From assembly GCA_035402825.1 (NCBI GenBank), contig DAONDZ010000001.1, forward strand, positions 44,839 to 108,838: a stretch of DNA of 64,000 nucleotides, in the 5' to 3' direction. Positions 9,947 to 18,734 of this stretch are shown here, piece after piece. How positions within the stretch are numbered: the first letter of the stretch is position 1; the number at the start of each line of letters is the position of its first letter. The notes beneath the pieces were generated by a model. The model made no database searches. It saw only the letters and a program-made list of their open reading frames with translations, and was not told the origin of the DNA. Position numbers and translations under genes: made by a program. This DNA comes from a bacterium (GTDB lineage: Bacteria > Patescibacteriota > Patescibacteriia > Patescibacteriales > UBA12465).

Positions 9947-10180
9947 AAAGAGTACCGTCATCAAAGAGCTAGCTTAACACCTTGGTTTTTTGTTGCTTTT
10001 AGCGAAATAAGCTATAATTAAATTAATAATTAATGAGTTTATTTTTATAAAATCAAAAAAAGCCTTCACCCTAGTAGAACTATTAGTGGTGATTGCCATT
10101 ATCGGGCTCTTGGCTTCTATTTCCGTTATTGCTTTAAATACCGCTCGCGCCAAAGCTAGAGATACTAAGCGGGTGGCTGA
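9947..10180. repeat. right arm of perfect 234-bp inverted repeat
   Basis: See left arm. Covers 139 nt upstream of the GTG at 10086 plus the first 95 nt of the ORF-track pilin CDS. Confidence 0.9.
9990..10018 (+). promoter_or_regulatory. sigma70-like promoter inside right IR arm (TTGTTG-17-TATAAT)
   Basis: -35 at 9990-9995, 17-nt spacer, TATAAT at 10013-10018. Confidence 0.45.
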
Positions 10181-11168
10181 CGTTAAACAAATTTCTACAG
10201 CCCTGGAATTATATTTTAACGACGCAGGAAGATATCCGACTGCCGCCGAATTTACTACAGGATCCCTTTATTCTACCTCGACCAACGGAACAACTACCTA
10301 TATGGCCACCGTCCCCCTGGCACCCGACCCGCCGGACGGCAATTGCAGCCAGGCAAATAATAATTATAATTACGTGGAAACGGAAAATGGCGCTGGCTAC
10401 CAGCTTGTTTTCTGTCTAGGAGGAAGAACCGGCAGTCTGAATAGTAATTGCGTTCAGGCCAGCCCGACCGGAATGGTCAACACCAATTCCAATCCCTTAT
10501 GTATCGTCGGCTTAAAATTATGGCTCGATGCCGCTGATACCAGTACCTTGTTTTCGGACGGGGATTGTTCGATCCCGGCGGCCGCCGACGGACTGGTCGG
10601 TTGCTGGCACGACAAAAGCGGCAATAACAATGATGCTCGACAGGTTTCTGGCCCCAGTCAAGCGGTCAGGAAAGACGGCGTCCAAAATGGCAAGACGGCT
10701 TTGCGCTTCGATGGAACGAATGATTTTTATTCACATAACAATATCACCGACGAACGCACTATCTTTTTCGTCATCAAGCATGCAGACGGAGACCAAGTAT
10801 ATCTCGGATATGACTATGATGCACCCCTCGGACACAGCGTCAGCTTTAATTGGAGCGGCGGAAACGCTTTTCCGGGCAGCACTTTCTTGAGTCCATTCGC
10901 ATCTCCTTATATCCTGAACGGTGCCGCTTATGACGATGCCGCAACGACGAATGCGATTTCTATTCCCAAGCCCTACCCCAATTTTCACATTTATTCCTTT
11001 GTCACGACCGACAATGTCGAAAGCGAATATATAGCCAATGACCGAAATACACCGAGTTATTATTGGGAGGGCGATATCGCCGAATTAATTATTTATAATG
11101 TGCCTTTAACCGATGCCGACCGTCTGAGCATCCAGAATTATCTGAACGACAAATACCATATCTATTAA
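10086..11168 (+). CDS. type IV pilin-like protein fused to a LamG/concanavalin-A-like lectin domain; 5' end unresolved
   Basis: Same N-terminal helix as 8114-9136. The C-terminus has LKLWLDAADTSTL, CWHDKSGNNNDA, NGKTALRFDGTNDF and GDIAELIIYNVPLTDADRLSIQNYLNDKY, typical of the LamG_3 family. Confidence 0.8.
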   Translation: MVIAIIGLLASISVIALNTARAKARDTKRVADVKQISTALELYFNDAGRYPTAAEFTTGSLYSTSTNGTTTYMATVPLAPDPPDGNCSQANNNYNYVETENGAGYQLVFCLGGRTGSLNSNCVQASPTGMVNTNSNPLCIVGLKLWLDAADTSTLFSDGDCSIPAAADGLVGCWHDKSGNNNDARQVSGPSQAVRKDGVQNGKTALRFDGTNDFYSHNNITDERTIFFVIKHADGDQVYLGYDYDAPLGHSVSFNWSGGNAFPGSTFLSPFASPYILNGAAYDDAATTNAISIPKPYPNFHIYSFVTTDNVESEYIANDRNTPSYYWEGDIAELIIYNVPLTDADRLSIQNYLNDKYHIY

Positions 11169-11225
11169 TCGACGCAGCTATTCGAAGAAGTCGATTGCAA
11201 TAAGCAAAGAACTTTCTATATAAAC

Positions 11226-11259
11226 AAAAAAACCTTGATATTATCTATCAAGGTTTTTG
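11226..11259. terminator. bidirectional rho-independent terminator (pilin gene / gyrA convergent)
   Basis: AACCTTGATA-ttatc-TATCAAGGTT perfect 10-bp stem flanked by A7 and T5. Confidence 0.75.
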
Positions 11260-11352
11260 TTATATCTCAGTAATCACGAAATACGGTCTATAAATTTATA
11301 GTTAAACTCCAAAAGGAGTTCGATTCATAAATATAACTACCTTATTATTAGT

Positions 11353-13908
11353 TTAGGCCCAAGTAACTCCGGCAACCTTATCACCGGCTTCCTTGAGACG
11401 CATTATTTTTACCCCTTGAGTATCGCGGCCTAATTCATTAACGGATTTAAATGACAGACGGATAACTTGGCCCTTTTCGGAAATAACAATTAAATCTTTA
11501 TCAATCATGGTATCGGCATTAACGATGAAAGCATTAACTATTCGGCCAGTCTTGTCGGTTACTTTAGCGGTTCTGATACCGCTGCCGCCGCGACCCTGTA
11601 ATTTATATAATTTCAAATCAGTTCGCTTGCCAAAACCATTGGACATCAAAGTCATTACTTGATAATTGCGTTTTTTATCCTTATCGGTCTTAATCACTCC
11701 CATGCCCACCACGATATCTTTGCCTTTCAAGCGCATGCCTTTGACTCCGGCGGCGCCGCGGCCCATATCGCGGACATCTTTTTCTTTGAATCGGATAGCC
11801 TGACCCAAAGCGGTAATTAATTGAATTTCATCATTACCGGAAGTCGGCTTAGCCCAAATCAATTTATCATCATCTTTAATCTTAATAGCAATCAAACCGC
11901 TGCGGCGGACATTATTAAAAGCGCCCAATTCCACTTTTTTAACCAAGCCTTTTTCGGTGGCGAAGAATAAATACTTAGCGTTGGTTATCTTATCTAAAGG
12001 CAAAGTGGAAGTCACTTTTTCTCCGCTTAGTAGCTGCAAAAAATTAACAATCGGCGTGCCCTTGGCAGTTCGAGAAGCTTGCGGCACTTCATGCGCCTTT
12101 AATTGGAAAGCTCGCCCTTTGGTGGTGAAGAAAAGCAAATCGCTATGAGTGAAAGTGGTGAACATGAATTCTACCGAATCCTCTTCTTTGGTCGTGAGAC
12201 CAATAACGCCCTTGCCGCCGCGAGCTTGAACTTTAAAAGTATCGGGATCAATTCTCTTAATGTAGCCGTCTCTGGTCATCATGACCATGGTTTCTTCATT
12301 AGGGATTAAATCCTCCACATTAAAATCTTTGACGCCATGAGCCACCACTTGAGTGCGGCGTTCATCGGCGAACTTATCGCGCAAACCTTGTAATTCATCT
12401 TTGATAATACCTCTGATACGGGAAACGGATTTCAAAATAGCTTCCAGCTCTTTAATTAATTTCATTTTTTCTTTCAACTCTTCTTCAATCTTCAAGCGCT
12501 CCAAGTTGGCCAAATTCTGCAATCTCATTTCCAAAATAGCCACGGCCTGTTTTTCTGATAATTTAAATTGCTTAATCAAATTAACTCTCGCCACGTCCTT
12601 ATCTTTAGAGGCTTTAATAGTTTTAATCACCGCGTCGATATTCTTCAAAGCAATCATTAATCCTTCTAAAATATGAGCCCGATCCTTGGCCTTGTTCAAT
12701 TCAAATTGAGTGCGGCGACGAACCACCACTTCTCGATGCTTGATATATTCCTCCAAAATCATCTTCAAAGTCAGAACCTTAGGCTGGATACCATCTACCA
12801 AGGCCAGCATGTTCACATGGAAAGCTGTCTGCAAAGCGGTATGTTTATACAAACTGTTTAAAATCTTTTTAGGATAGGCATCTTTCTTTAAATCCATAAC
12901 GACGCGCACGCCCTCTTTGTCTGATTCGTCACGCAAACTCTTGATACCTTCCAGTTTTTTGTCTTTAACCAATTCCGCAATCTTCTCCACCAGAGTCGCT
13001 TTGTTGACTTGGTAAGGAATTTCGGAAATTATAATTTGAAAATCACCGTGCTTATTTTCGCGGATATCGGCTCGGCCGCGCATCACGATGCCGCCTTTAC
13101 CGGTGGCATAAGCGGTTAAAATATCTTTTTGATCATAGATAATGCCGCCGGTCGGAAAATCAGGGCCTTTAACAAATTGCATTAAGTCCTCCACGGTAGC
13201 TTCTGGATGATCAATTAAATGATTAATAGCATCAATTAGTTCTCCCAAGTTATGCGGCGGGATTTCAGTGGCCATACCCACGGCAATACCCATGGTACCG
13301 TTAAGCAATAAGTTCGGCAGTTTAGCCGGTAAAACTCGCGGTTCTTGGTGCGACCCATCATAGTTAGGAATAAAATCAACCGTATCCTTATCAATATCAA
13401 ACATCATCTCTTCGCTGATGCTGGCTAATTTAGCTTCAGTATAACGCATGGCCGCAGCCCGATCGCCGTCCATAGAACCGAAGTTACCCTGGCCTTTAAC
13501 CAGCGGATAGCGCATAGAAAAATCCTGAGCCATTCTAACCATGGAATCATAGACAGCACTATCGCCATGCGGATGATATTTACCTAACACTTCGCCGACG
13601 ACGGTAGCTGATTTTCTAAACTTAGCGTTAGCCCGCAAACCGATGCTCCACATTGCATACAAAATGCGACGATGAACCGGCTTCATACCATCCCGAACAT
13701 CCGGCAAAGCGCGAGAAACGATAACGCTCATAGCGTAATCCAAATAAGAGCGGCGCATTTCCTCCACTATCGGCTGTTCTTGAACCGTACCAAATTCAGT
13801 TTCATGGCGGACGATTAAATCAGCCGCCGGTACTTCCTTGGCAGTTTCTTTCTTCTTATTATCTTTTTCCGGCGTTGCTTTAGCCGGCTTAATTATTTTT
13901 CTGGCCAT
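11353..13908 (-). CDS. gyrA: DNA gyrase subunit A
   Basis: 851 aa. [35 protein letters not shown] (catalytic Tyr region) and C-terminal beta-pinwheel repeats. Confidence 0.97.
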   Translation of the reverse strand: MARKIIKPAKATPEKDNKKKETAKEVPAADLIVRHETEFGTVQEQPIVEEMRRSYLDYAMSVIVSRALPDVRDGMKPVHRRILYAMWSIGLRANAKFRKSATVVGEVLGKYHPHGDSAVYDSMVRMAQDFSMRYPLVKGQGNFGSMDGDRAAAMRYTEAKLASISEEMMFDIDKDTVDFIPNYDGSHQEPRVLPAKLPNLLLNGTMGIAVGMATEIPPHNLGELIDAINHLIDHPEATVEDLMQFVKGPDFPTGGIIYDQKDILTAYATGKGGIVMRGRADIRENKHGDFQIIISEIPYQVNKATLVEKIAELVKDKKLEGIKSLRDESDKEGVRVVMDLKKDAYPKKILNSLYKHTALQTAFHVNMLALVDGIQPKVLTLKMILEEYIKHREVVVRRRTQFELNKAKDRAHILEGLMIALKNIDAVIKTIKASKDKDVARVNLIKQFKLSEKQAVAILEMRLQNLANLERLKIEEELKEKMKLIKELEAILKSVSRIRGIIKDELQGLRDKFADERRTQVVAHGVKDFNVEDLIPNEETMVMMTRDGYIKRIDPDTFKVQARGGKGVIGLTTKEEDSVEFMFTTFTHSDLLFFTTKGRAFQLKAHEVPQASRTAKGTPIVNFLQLLSGEKVTSTLPLDKITNAKYLFFATEKGLVKKVELGAFNNVRRSGLIAIKIKDDDKLIWAKPTSGNDEIQLITALGQAIRFKEKDVRDMGRGAAGVKGMRLKGKDIVVGMGVIKTDKDKKRNYQVMTLMSNGFGKRTDLKLYKLQGRGGSGIRTAKVTDKTGRIVNAFIVNADTMIDKDLIVISEKGQVIRLSFKSVNELGRDTQGVKIMRLKEAGDKVAGVTWA

Positions 13909-13909
13909 A

Positions 13910-14332
13910 TTATGGATTATTGCGTTCCAATTTATTCTCTAAATCTTCCAACCGGGACTTTATCGCCGCGGCTTCAATGTCGCTGGAAGAAGCGGTGGTG
14001 GACGCAGTGGTTGATCCCGCCGACAAAGTATTCATTAAATCTTGTAGCTGCTGGTTGGTGGTGGTCGGTGTAGTTGTCGGGATCTTGTCCTTATCCGCCG
14101 TGTTCAATTTGCCGCCAATTTGGCTCATAGTGGCATCAAATTTTTGCTTTAATTCCGCCCAAGTCAAATTGTCAGGACTGCTAGTCGCCTGCTTAGCTCT
14201 TTGACCCGGGTTGATGAAATTATTAAAATTTAAAATCCAAACCACTAAAATGACCCCCATCACCAAAATGATGCCTAGGGTCATTCGCTGACGATTCTTG
14301 CTGTCTGATTGTTCCCGTTTAGAATCGTTCAT
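13910..14332 (-). CDS. hypothetical membrane-anchored protein (Thr/Ser-rich, C-terminal coiled coil)
   Basis: 140 aa, single TM ([16 protein letters not shown]). Tightly packed between ndk and gyrA. Confidence 0.5.
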   Translation of the reverse strand: MNDSKREQSDSKNRQRMTLGIILVMGVILVVWILNFNNFINPGQRAKQATSSPDNLTWAELKQKFDATMSQIGGKLNTADKDKIPTTTPTTTNQQLQDLMNTLSAGSTTASTTASSSDIEAAAIKSRLEDLENKLERNNP

Positions 14333-14334
14333 AA

Positions 14335-14937
14335 CTATTCCAAAATACCATCCAAGTTAATATCGTATAGAATCTGTTCAGCGATTAAGCGATAGTTCAA
14401 CAGCTCTTCTTCTTTAAACCATAAAGCGATTTCTCTTTGTGCTTCTGATACCTGGTCGGAACAATGCACTAAATTGCGCACCGCTCGATTATCCAAGTTG
14501 GCAATTTCATAAGAGTCCAAAGTTAAGTCACCACGAATAGTACCGACATCAGAAGTGGTCGGTTCAGTACCGCCCACTATTTTTTTCACCACAGCCACTG
14601 CCTGATTACCCTCCCAAACCATCGGCACAATCGGGCCGCAAGTCATAAACTTAATCAAAGCGCGAATAATATCTCGGCCATATTCCATGGCTTCCTTTTC
14701 AATCGGTAAATTCATCGCTTGGCGGTTTTCAATAATCTTCTGGCCTTTGGACAAGAACCAATCGTCTTGCTTGTCATAATGCTTCCAGAAAATATCTTCT
14801 TGAGCCAAAATCATTTTCATGCCAACCAACTTCAAACCGGCTCGTTCAATTCTGGTGATGGTATCGCCGATTAAAGAGCGTTGAATAGTGTCTGGCTTGA
14901 GGATAACAAAAGTTCGTTCCTTTTTTGGGTGTTCCAT
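14335..14937 (-). CDS. ndk: nucleoside-diphosphate kinase (long form)
   Basis: ERTFVILKPDTIQRSLIGDTITRIERAGLKLVGMKM, TIRGDL, HCSD. Confidence 0.85.
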   Translation of the reverse strand: MEHPKKERTFVILKPDTIQRSLIGDTITRIERAGLKLVGMKMILAQEDIFWKHYDKQDDWFLSKGQKIIENRQAMNLPIEKEAMEYGRDIIRALIKFMTCGPIVPMVWEGNQAVAVVKKIVGGTEPTTSDVGTIRGDLTLDSYEIANLDNRAVRNLVHCSDQVSEAQREIALWFKEEELLNYRLIAEQILYDINLDGILE

Positions 14938-14949
14938 ATAAATAAATTA

Positions 14950-15600
14950 TTAATTATTAAGATCTAAGACTACCAATTCCATATCTTCTTGAGGCAAGTC
15001 TTTCTTGTTGATTTTTAACTTCTCTTCTTTGGTCGGAGCAATGCCCAATTCTTTAACAAACTTATCCAAACTATCCAAATCCAAAGTTACCCCTGGAGTT
15101 TTATAGTGCATCGGAATGACTATCCGAGGTTCAATTTGAGAAATAACTTCCACGGCCGTCTTGGCATCCAGGCTATCTTTGCCGCCCACCGGTACAAATA
15201 GAATATCAATGCCCTCCAGTTTTTCCAATTGTTTGTTTTCTAAAACATGGCCCAAATCGCCTAAATGACAAAGGGTGATATCATCCATTTCAATGCGATA
15301 GATAATATTGCTGCCTTTATTCTTCCCCTTTTCAGAATCATGATAAGCCAAAATACCCTCTACCATCACGCCTTTAATATCATATTCACCGGCGCTATTA
15401 ATAATGTGGGGATTGCCTCTCAAGGCCTCTACATTATTATGATCTTTATGATCATGACTAACGGTAATAATGTCGGCTTCAAAGTTAGACAGCTTCAAAC
15501 CGATGTACTTATCATACGGGTCAGTAACCAAAGTCAGGCCGTCAGATCCGGTCTTATCTTGAATTTTAAAACAAGAATGTCCTTGCCAAGTAATAATCAT
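14950..15600 (-). CDS. metallo-beta-lactamase-fold hydrolase (UPF0173-like)
   Basis: MIITWQGHSCFKI..., SHDHKDHNN (HxHxDH). I prefer ATG at 15600 to the TTG at 15615. Confidence 0.8.
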   Translation of the reverse strand: MIITWQGHSCFKIQDKTGSDGLTLVTDPYDKYIGLKLSNFEADIITVSHDHKDHNNVEALRGNPHIINSAGEYDIKGVMVEGILAYHDSEKGKNKGSNIIYRIEMDDITLCHLGDLGHVLENKQLEKLEGIDILFVPVGGKDSLDAKTAVEVISQIEPRIVIPMHYKTPGVTLDLDSLDKFVKELGIAPTKEEKLKINKKDLPQEDMELVVLDLNN

Positions 15601-15642
15601 AGATTTCAAAAACAAAAATAAATAGGCCTAAAACCTATTTAA

Positions 15643-15671
15643 ATTATAGCAGTTATCATCCCCTCGGTCAA
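15643..15671 (-). promoter_or_regulatory. sigma70-like promoter TTGACC-17-TATAAT
   Basis: Minus strand reads TTGACCgaggggatgataactgcTATAAT, upstream of the MBL-fold gene. Confidence 0.6.
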
Positions 15672-15704
15672 ACGATTTATCCACCAGTATTTAGTTGAGA
15701 CAAT

Positions 15705-15736
15705 TAAAAAAGCATCGTTTGGAACGATGCTTTTTG
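15705..15736 (-). terminator. rho-independent terminator after 15760-16803
   Basis: AGCATCGTT-tgg-AACGATGCT stem flanked by A and T runs. Confidence 0.75.
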
Positions 15737-15759
15737 TCTAAATTTAAAGGTCGATTGGC

Positions 15760-16803
15760 TCAATAGGTATAAGCTGATCCCCCTTGTGTAGTGTTGATCA
15801 CCTTCAGCCCATACTTGAGGCTTCCAGAGATTGTAACCGTTTTCTGACGATCGAAAATTATCGTCTGGAGGTCGTAGCGGTATTCCTGCCCCTTATATGA
15901 CAAATTGATTGTCATCGGGAGAGAACCCAGATTTACATCAAACCACTTAACCGTTTTAGATTTCGGTCCAAGGTAAATGGTGACGGGATCCTCTGCTACT
16001 TTGCTTTTGCCATTGGCTTCCGAAGTGCTGGACATAAAGGTGATAGTAACCGGATAGCTGCTCTCATTAGCAAACTTTACACTGGTTACTTCTCCGCCAT
16101 CTCCAGCGGCGGAAATCGGTAATACATCGGCACCGTTGAATTCAACTACATTGGAAGTGTTGGAGATAAACACCGTTTTCACGGTGTGAACTGTTACACC
16201 CTTTTGCAAAGTGTACAGATCGAAATGATACACTCCTGATTTAGCAGCACGTGGAGTGTAGGTCGATCCTCCCGGGGCTAATGTAACTCCATCCAACGGA
16301 AAATTTAACGCTTCCTGGGTCTTCACCAACATATCGTATTCGCTGGTGTTCTTCACCAGGAGCAGATCGGATTTGAACTCCGATTTGGTCGGAGCCATGT
16401 AGCCGATAACTGCGGGCGTCAGCACGATTGTTGTTACGTCCTCATTTAAATCGAATGTCGTTGAAAATACTGTTTTCCCTTCGTTATAAATGAAGGTAAC
16501 GTACAGAACTTCAACCGCTGTGGGCACTACCCATTCTCCGCGGGAGGGCTTATAGCCGTTCGCTGCGCTGGGGCTGGGGAGTTCCAGATCATCGATCAAT
16601 GCATTTTCATAGATTCCCTCTCCGGAAGCCAACAGGGTGTCCAGGTCTTCATTGACTGTAATAACTACTACCGGTACTAATTCTGCCGGTACGGTGTTGA
16701 TAAATACAACCTGACTGCCTTCATGAATTTGGGCGTTGGCTGACGGAATTGAGGTGGCTGCAACAGCAACCATGGCGATAAGGAAAAAAATTAACTTTCT
16801 CAT
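15760..16803 (-). CDS. secreted hypothetical protein (beta-rich)
   Basis: 347 aa. Signal peptide MRKLIFFLIAMVAVAATSIPSANA|Q. Has its own promoter and terminator. Confidence 0.6.
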   Translation of the reverse strand: MRKLIFFLIAMVAVAATSIPSANAQIHEGSQVVFINTVPAELVPVVVITVNEDLDTLLASGEGIYENALIDDLELPSPSAANGYKPSRGEWVVPTAVEVLYVTFIYNEGKTVFSTTFDLNEDVTTIVLTPAVIGYMAPTKSEFKSDLLLVKNTSEYDMLVKTQEALNFPLDGVTLAPGGSTYTPRAAKSGVYHFDLYTLQKGVTVHTVKTVFISNTSNVVEFNGADVLPISAAGDGGEVTSVKFANESSYPVTITFMSSTSEANGKSKVAEDPVTIYLGPKSKTVKWFDVNLGSLPMTINLSYKGQEYRYDLQTIIFDRQKTVTISGSLKYGLKVINTTQGGSAYTY

Positions 16804-16975
16804 GACAATAGATTTTATGGTTTCAAATTAATATTAGGATTTATATTTGTGTTAGCTCAATCAAGAGCCCTAAAGAATAAGACGCTTAATTGAGCTAACA
16901 CTCCCCAAAACCACAAAATAGTCCATGAAAAAAGTTAAATCTTGCCTGATTATTAAAGTGCTAAATTAACTGAAT

Positions 16976-17004
16976 AATATAGCATATCGGTTAAACTTTG
17001 TCAA
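16976..17004 (-). promoter_or_regulatory. consensus promoter TTGACA-17-TATATT
   Basis: Minus strand reads TATTGACAaagtttaaccgatatgcTATATT. It would give a roughly 165-nt 5' UTR containing an 11-bp inverted repeat (16851-16861 / 16889-16899). Confidence 0.6.
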
Positions 17005-17092
17005 TACTCTAGCTAATATACCCTAAAAATGCCCTATTTTATTAAAAAACCGGAAGATTGCTCCTCCGGTGAATGCTTTGACAATACCAGAA

Positions 17093-17773
17093 CTACTGCT
17101 TGGGTGCTTTGTTGTAGTTTTGATATCCGCCTGTCCGATTGCTTTTTGGTGTGTACTGCTTTTTTTTCTCCTTCTTGTCAGGAGGTGATTGACCATCGCC
17201 AGCTTGGTTGTCAACCGGCAGTTGGAATTTTTTGTTTTCCTTTTTGGCGGTAACCGGATTGTCGATAACAGTCTTGGCCTGAGATACGGAGTCCATCTTC
17301 GCTTTGAAATTTTGGCGGTTAACTTCCGCTAAAGAATCTTTCTTGGCGATGTAGTCCATGTTGTCCTTCCAGACTGTTTTCAACTTTTCGATGTCCTTGC
17401 GGGCTTTGTAATCTATCAGCACGCTTGGCCGGCTCTGCAGAGCTTTAATTTGTTCCCTGATATTTTCGATGCTGGTGGAATCACTCCGTTGTTGACTAAC
17501 GTAGTAACTCAGAAAGCCATCGAAATCGGACCTGACATTATCCGCAGTTCCAGCCGCATAGTTTGCAGTCTGAGACACGGAATCCAGCCGTGCCGATAAG
17601 CCATCAATGCTGACCTGCCCTAACGGGCGGCCACCAGTGATTACCAGGATATAGATCAAAGCACTCAGCATAAAAGCACCTAAGGTGCCAGCAATGGAAT
17701 AAAACAGAATCTTTTTGTTTTTTTTCTGCTTTTCCGGATTCGTGGTTGGTTCACTCATTTTATAATCCTCCAA
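17093..17773 (-). CDS. membrane-anchored hypothetical protein (N-in TM, coiled-coil ectodomain, Lys-rich tail)
   Basis: 226 aa. TM ILFYSIAGTLGAFMLSALIYILVI. Confidence 0.55.
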   Translation of the reverse strand: MEDYKMSEPTTNPEKQKKNKKILFYSIAGTLGAFMLSALIYILVITGGRPLGQVSIDGLSARLDSVSQTANYAAGTADNVRSDFDGFLSYYVSQQRSDSTSIENIREQIKALQSRPSVLIDYKARKDIEKLKTVWKDNMDYIAKKDSLAEVNRQNFKAKMDSVSQAKTVIDNPVTAKKENKKFQLPVDNQAGDGQSPPDKKEKKKQYTPKSNRTGGYQNYNKAPKQ

Positions 17774-17829
17774 ATGGTTTTAGATTGGTTTAAAAATAGA
17801 TTGTTTTATGTACGTTAAATTGATTTTGG

Positions 17830-17858
17830 ATATTAACATTATAGAAAATATTTGTCAA
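17830..17858 (-). promoter_or_regulatory. consensus promoter TTGACA-17-TAATAT
   Basis: Minus strand reads TATTGACAaatattttctataatgtTAATAT. Confidence 0.6.
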
Positions 17859-17926
17859 TAGACCCCAGAAAATTAGAAAAGCGGGCCTTTGGGGGTCCGC
17901 TTTATCAATCCTGTTTATTGAAAAAA

Positions 17927-18592
17927 CTAATAACCGAATTCACCTCCGCCGGTGTAAGTGTTGATGGGAGCACTCCTTCTCTTGCGTTTCTTTTTCTTGC
18001 AATCGCAAGGAGCGGTTTTAGTAACGGTCGAAGCAGTGTTATTGGTAATCGTGGTGGTGCGGCTCACTTTGTTATTCACAAAAGTGGAATCCACATACTC
18101 CGGATGGTTGTGCTTTGGGAGCCTGAAACTGCCGGAATTTTTTTTCTTTAAAGCTTCCGTCAGCGAATCTATCTTGCTCCTTAATTTAGCATCACCTGTT
18201 ACGATCATCAGACTGTCGTTGTAGGCCACCTGATCGATGTAATTGAATGCAGCATTCAATCCAGTTGATAAAGTATCAACCTTCCCGTCGAACTTATTTT
18301 CGATTCTGTTATCATTTTGGCGCAACGAGATGGCTGCAAAAAAACCAAGAATTAACAGAAGCAAAAGCGCGATACCACCAATTATCCACCCCAGGAACCC
18401 TCTGCTTCCTCCTGAAATCGGAGGTGTGGGAGGAGTAATGGGAGGAGTAGGAGTAATCGGAGCAGGAGGCTTGGTCGGAGGTTTAGTCGAAGGCTTGGTA
18501 GCCGGTTTTCTTTTCGGGGTCGACTTTTTAGTAGCCGGGGATTTCGGGGTGGCGGCGGGTTTAGCCGTTGCCTTTTTCTTTGTTGTTGCCAT
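17927..18592 (-). CDS. membrane-anchored hypothetical protein (Pro/Thr/Lys-rich N-terminus, TM, ectodomain)
   Basis: 221 aa. KPATKPSTKPPTKPPAPITPTPPITPPTPP low-complexity region, then TM WIIGGIALLLLLILGFFAAI. Confidence 0.55.
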   Translation of the reverse strand: MATTKKKATAKPAATPKSPATKKSTPKRKPATKPSTKPPTKPPAPITPTPPITPPTPPISGGSRGFLGWIIGGIALLLLLILGFFAAISLRQNDNRIENKFDGKVDTLSTGLNAAFNYIDQVAYNDSLMIVTGDAKLRSKIDSLTEALKKKNSGSFRLPKHNHPEYVDSTFVNNKVSRTTTITNNTASTVTKTAPCDCKKKKRKRRSAPINTYTGGGEFGY

Positions 18593-18679
18593 GGTTACGG
18601 TATTTTTGGGTTATTAATATTATTGATTTGGTAATATACGATTTCATAGACTCGGAAATGAGCCTATTTATAACTGCTA

Positions 18680-18708
18680 ATAGTAGCATAAGGAAAAACT
18701 TTTGTCAA
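18680..18708 (-). promoter_or_regulatory. consensus promoter TTGACA-17-TACTAT
   Basis: Minus strand reads TATTGACAaaagtttttccttatgcTACTAT. Confidence 0.6.
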
Positions 18709-18734
18709 TAGTGGAAAATAAGAGGATAAAAGCC

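Noticed and set aside
9042-10180. Diversity-generating retroelement (TR/VR pair) as the explanation for the repeated pilin segment.
   Set aside because: The two copies are identical (no adenine-specific mismatches) and cover the conserved N-terminus rather than a variable C-terminal region. No reverse transcriptase is in the window.
11957-12861. Antisense or nested ORFs within gyrA. Similar nested ORFs occur in the M16 peptidase, pilB, uvrA, recA, VanW-like, aaRS and 894-aa genes.
   Set aside because: Each is fully embedded in a long, motif-supported CDS on the opposite strand or in another frame. They are short, low-complexity and have no independent signals.
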